Shown here: positions 61,090-64,000 of the stretch, piece after piece
Position numbering within the stretch: the first letter of the stretch is position 1
Layout of the letters: every line of letters begins with the position of its first letter
Assembly: GCA_963748015.1 (NCBI GenBank)
Contig: CAVVHE010000004.1
Location: 2,144,001-2,208,000 of the forward strand
Length of the DNA: 64,000 bases
Source of the DNA: Terriglobia bacterium
Lineage (GTDB): Bacteria; Acidobacteriota; Polarisedimenticolia; Polarisedimenticolales; JAIQFR01
Direction of reading: 5' to 3'
Notes under the pieces: model-generated
What the model saw: the letters and a program-made list of their open reading frames with translations, nothing else
The model's database searches: none
What the model was told of the DNA's origin: nothing
Translations under genes and position numbers: made by a program

Positions 61090-63056
61090 TTTCCCCCTCC
61101 TGTCTTGCCGCCCTTCGCCCCGTGGCAGGCGTCGCATCGGCGCGGCGTCGGCTTGAAGATGATCCGGGAGACCCCGTTGGTCAAGATCTCGGCCAGGTGG
61201 CAACGGGCGCACGGTACGCGGAGGTGCTCCCCCTTCAGTGGGAAAGCCGTGTCCCGCGAGTGATCGAAGCGGGAAGCCGGGCGGAAGGCCTCCTCGTCGT
61301 GGCACGAAGCGCACGCGCCGCGGTCCGGGCGGGATGCGAACTGCCCGCCGTGAGGATCGGCGTGGCACTCCTCGCACGCGCGCCTCGGGTCGCGGAACGG
61401 CAGGCTCCTCGGGGCTCCCGCCTCCGCCGCCGGGGCGCCGAGGTCGCGGTGGCACTTCGCGCACGCGGCTTTCCGGTGCGCTCCCCGCAGCGGGAAGGCC
61501 GAGGCGTCGTGGCGCGCCGTGTCGAACCGCGCGGGCTTGAACGACGACGCGTCGTGGCACTCGGAGCAGCGCGCGGCGCCGAACTTCCCCTCGTGCGGGT
61601 CGCGGTGGCAGGACGCGCACTCGCGCGCCGGGCGCACGATCACCCCCGCTTTTCCGAGCGCCGCGGGCACGGCAAGCTCTCCGGCCTTCGGCCGGTGGCA
61701 GCCGGCGCAAGGGGCGGTCGCGTGCTTGCCCTCGAGAGGGAACGGGAGCGCGGCGTGGGCCGCCACCGTGATCGTGGACGGCTTGAAACCCTCGAGCGCG
61801 TGGCAGCGCGCGCAATCGACCCCGACCGTTCCGGGCTGGCCGGAGTGAGCGTCGGCGTGACAATCCGCGCAGCGGACGGAAGCCGGGCGCAGGAGCACCC
61901 CCGCGCGCCCCGGCCCGCGCCCGCCGGCCGGATGGCACGCGCGGCAGGCGACCGATAGGTGCTTTCCGGCGAGGGGATAGGCCGACAGGCGGTGGCGCTC
62001 CACGGTGAACGTGCTGGGCGCGTACCCGTCGAGGCCGTGGCACTCGCCGCAGTCGGCCGGCTTTCCGCCGAGGGTCGCGGTGCCCGCGTGGGCGTCCGCG
62101 TGGCACGCGCCGCACCGGTCGTGCGGCGGAGAGGCGATCCACGCGGCGGCCGGAGCGGCGTGGCAACGCGCGCAGGCGACCGCGGCATGCTTCCCGCGGA
62201 GAGGGTACTTCGTCCGGTTGTGGTCGAACGCCGAGGCGGCCACCTCGCGGAAGGTCCTCTCGTTGTGGCAGCGGGCGCAGTCGGTCCCGAGCCTTCCGGC
62301 GTGGGGATCGCGGTGGCAGTCGCCGCACGCGGCGTGGGGTACCGGCTTGAACAGCGGGTGCGTCTTCCCAGCGCGGTCGCGCGGCAGGTCGAGCCGCTCC
62401 GCGAGATGGCACTTCGCGCACGGCGTCTCCGCGTGGCGGCCGCCCAGCGGGAACGCGGTCTTCGCGTGGTCGAACTTGGGGACCTTGAAGGAGGACGCGG
62501 CGTGGCAGCGGGCGCAGTCCTGTCCCAGCGCGCCGCGGTGAATGTCCTCGTGGCACGACGCGCAAGCGGGCTCGAGGCCGACGAATCGCGCCCCCTCCCC
62601 CCGGCCGGGAGCGAGGGACGCCGCGCGGCCGGCGCGGAAGGCCTTCTTCTCGTGACAGTCTCGGCAGCGCAGCTTCGCGTGAGCCCCCTCGAGCGCGAAC
62701 CCCGCCAGCCGGTGGTCGAACGCCTCGCGGCGTCCGCCCGGCCAGGACACGAGATCGAAGCCGGTCCCGCCGTGCTCCGGATGGCACTTCGCGCAGTCCT
62801 TCGAAGCCTCGCGCCCGTGATAACCGCGGCGCTCCCCGACGAGGTAGCCGATCTCGCGATGGCACGCGACGCAGCGCTCGTCCATCGCCCCCGCGTGCCG
62901 GGAGCCGTGGCAGTCGAGGCAGTGGGAGTTGCCCTCGAGCGAGGCGTGGGCGCGGGAGAGAGGCCCCGGGGAAACCTGCGCGGCAGCGGGCATCGCCGGC
63001 AGGAGCGCCGCGAGGAGGATCGCGGCCCGGCCGAGGGCCCGGCACCTATCATCCAT
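61086..63056 (-). CDS. multiheme cytochrome c, 23 CxxCH
   Basis: Signal peptide then QVSPGPLSRAH; 23 CxxCH counted in repeating FDH..FPL.G.H triheme modules. Confidence 0.93.
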   Translation of the reverse strand: MDDRCRALGRAAILLAALLPAMPAAAQVSPGPLSRAHASLEGNSHCLDCHGSRHAGAMDERCVACHREIGYLVGERRGYHGREASKDCAKCHPEHGGTGFDLVSWPGGRREAFDHRLAGFALEGAHAKLRCRDCHEKKAFRAGRAASLAPGRGEGARFVGLEPACASCHEDIHRGALGQDCARCHAASSFKVPKFDHAKTAFPLGGRHAETPCAKCHLAERLDLPRDRAGKTHPLFKPVPHAACGDCHRDPHAGRLGTDCARCHNERTFREVAASAFDHNRTKYPLRGKHAAVACARCHAAPAAAWIASPPHDRCGACHADAHAGTATLGGKPADCGECHGLDGYAPSTFTVERHRLSAYPLAGKHLSVACRACHPAGGRGPGRAGVLLRPASVRCADCHADAHSGQPGTVGVDCARCHALEGFKPSTITVAAHAALPFPLEGKHATAPCAGCHRPKAGELAVPAALGKAGVIVRPARECASCHRDPHEGKFGAARCSECHDASSFKPARFDTARHDASAFPLRGAHRKAACAKCHRDLGAPAAEAGAPRSLPFRDPRRACEECHADPHGGQFASRPDRGACASCHDEEAFRPASRFDHSRDTAFPLKGEHLRVPCARCHLAEILTNGVSRIIFKPTPRRCDACHGAKGGKTGGGK

Positions 63057-63999
63057 ACAGGTTCTCCGCCGAGACGATCGCGACGGACTTGCGGACGATG
63101 CGCACGCCGGCCCGCTCGAGCATGGGCGTCGCCGGCTCGCCGCCGACGCGGATCACCACGTCGTCGTTCGCGATGTCGAGCGGCTGGCCTTCCACCTCGA
63201 GCTTGACCTCCCGCGGGCCGATCGCCAGGACGCGGCTCTTCGGGAGGATCCGGAGATTCGTGCCCTTCGCGGCCTCGCCCAGGAGCCGGAGGTTCCGATC
63301 CTTGACCCGGGGAAACGACTCGCCCCGGTGGCTGAGCGTCACCTCGGTGCCGCGCTGGCGGGCCAGCCCGATCACGGTCTCGATCGCGCTGTCGCCTCCG
63401 CCGACGACCAGGACCTTTCTCCCGGCGAACCCCTCCATCTCGGCGACGTCGTACACTACCTTCGAGAGATCCTCCCCCTCGACGTCGAGGCGCCTCGGCG
63501 TCCCGCGGCGCCCCAGCGCCAGTACGACCGTCCGGGACCGGAAGACCCCCCGCGGCGTCGCGACCTCGAACGCCTCGCTGCGCCGCGCGACGTCCGACAC
63601 GCGGTGCGCTTCGAGCACCTCGAGCCCGGTACGCTCGACGATCGTCTTCCAGACGCCGAGGAGCGACTCCTTCGTGGTGTCGGCGACCCACAGCTCGCCG
63701 TAGAGCGGGACGTGGACCGGCTCGGCGAGGAGAACCTTCTGGCGAGGGTACTTTCGGATCGTGTCCGCGAGCGAGCCCTGCTCGAGAACGGCGTAGCGGA
63801 GGCCGCGGCGGTGCGCCTCGAGCCCGGCGGAGAGCCCCGCCGGCCCGGAACCGACCACGACGACGTCCAGGATCGCGGCGTCCCTACTCCCGACGAGGCA
63901 GGACGCGACGTGCTCCACCGCGAGCCGCCCCTCGTTGATCGCGTTCTTGATGAGACCGCGCCCGCCGAGCTCGCCGACGACGAAGAGCCCCGGGACGCT
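63049..63999 (-). CDS. NAD(P)/FAD-dependent oxidoreductase (thioredoxin-reductase/YpdA-like), 5'-truncated by window edge
   Basis: Frame open to the window end (SVPGLFVVGELGGRGLIKNAINEG...); VVVGSGPAG, ALGRRGTPR, VVGGGDSA; no CxxC. Confidence 0.88.
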   Translation of the reverse strand, partial: SVPGLFVVGELGGRGLIKNAINEGRLAVEHVASCLVGSRDAAILDVVVVGSGPAGLSAGLEAHRRGLRYAVLEQGSLADTIRKYPRQKVLLAEPVHVPLYGELWVADTTKESLLGVWKTIVERTGLEVLEAHRVSDVARRSEAFEVATPRGVFRSRTVVLALGRRGTPRRLDVEGEDLSKVVYDVAEMEGFAGRKVLVVGGGDSAIETVIGLARQRGTEVTLSHRGESFPRVKDRNLRLLGEAAKGTNLRILPKSRVLAIGPREVKLEVEGQPLDIANDDVVIRVGGEPATPMLERAGVRIVRKSVAIVSAENLYG

Positions 64000-64000
64000 C

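Overview
Very GC-rich bacterial DNA, densely coding. The gene repertoire (MTLxxGTRLGPYEI-type Ser/Thr kinase with PD40 repeats, tricorn, M14 and S9 peptidases, DUF1028) suggests Acidobacteriota; that is inference only. I saw no rRNA, tRNA, CRISPR array, integrase or transposase. Most long ORFs in the track are GC-rich shadow frames; about 49 real genes are called. Main blocks: (1) 1-17.5 kb: envelope and peptidase genes plus a kinase. (2) 17.5-22.9 kb: 8-gene arsenic/organoarsenical operon (arsR, arsP, arsF-like, arsG-like, acr3, arsC, small thioredoxin, arsM) with a near-consensus promoter and operator. (3) 23-33 kb: B12-dependent CarH/LitR photoreceptor with visible 11-bp-phased operator repeats, divergent from fasciclin and a ufa-like (furan/cyclopropane fatty acid) operon, with a photolyase. 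(4) 33.6-48 kb: candidate trans-envelope cyclic-nucleotide pathway made of a giant Cys-repeat exported protein, a FecR-TPR-beta-barrel receptor (split by a G7 frameshift), a CHASE2 adenylate cyclase, a PDZ protein, an MBL-fold hydrolase, a GAF-PP2C phosphatase and a PKG-like cNMP-kinase fusion. (5) 48-53.7 kb: c-di-GMP genes. (6) 56.7-64 kb: porin-multiheme cytochrome conduit (23- and 19-heme proteins) coupled to an apparently circularly permuted NAD(P)H flavoprotein. Blocks 4 and 6 are the best candidates for an undescribed system. All functional calls come from motif recognition, not database searches.
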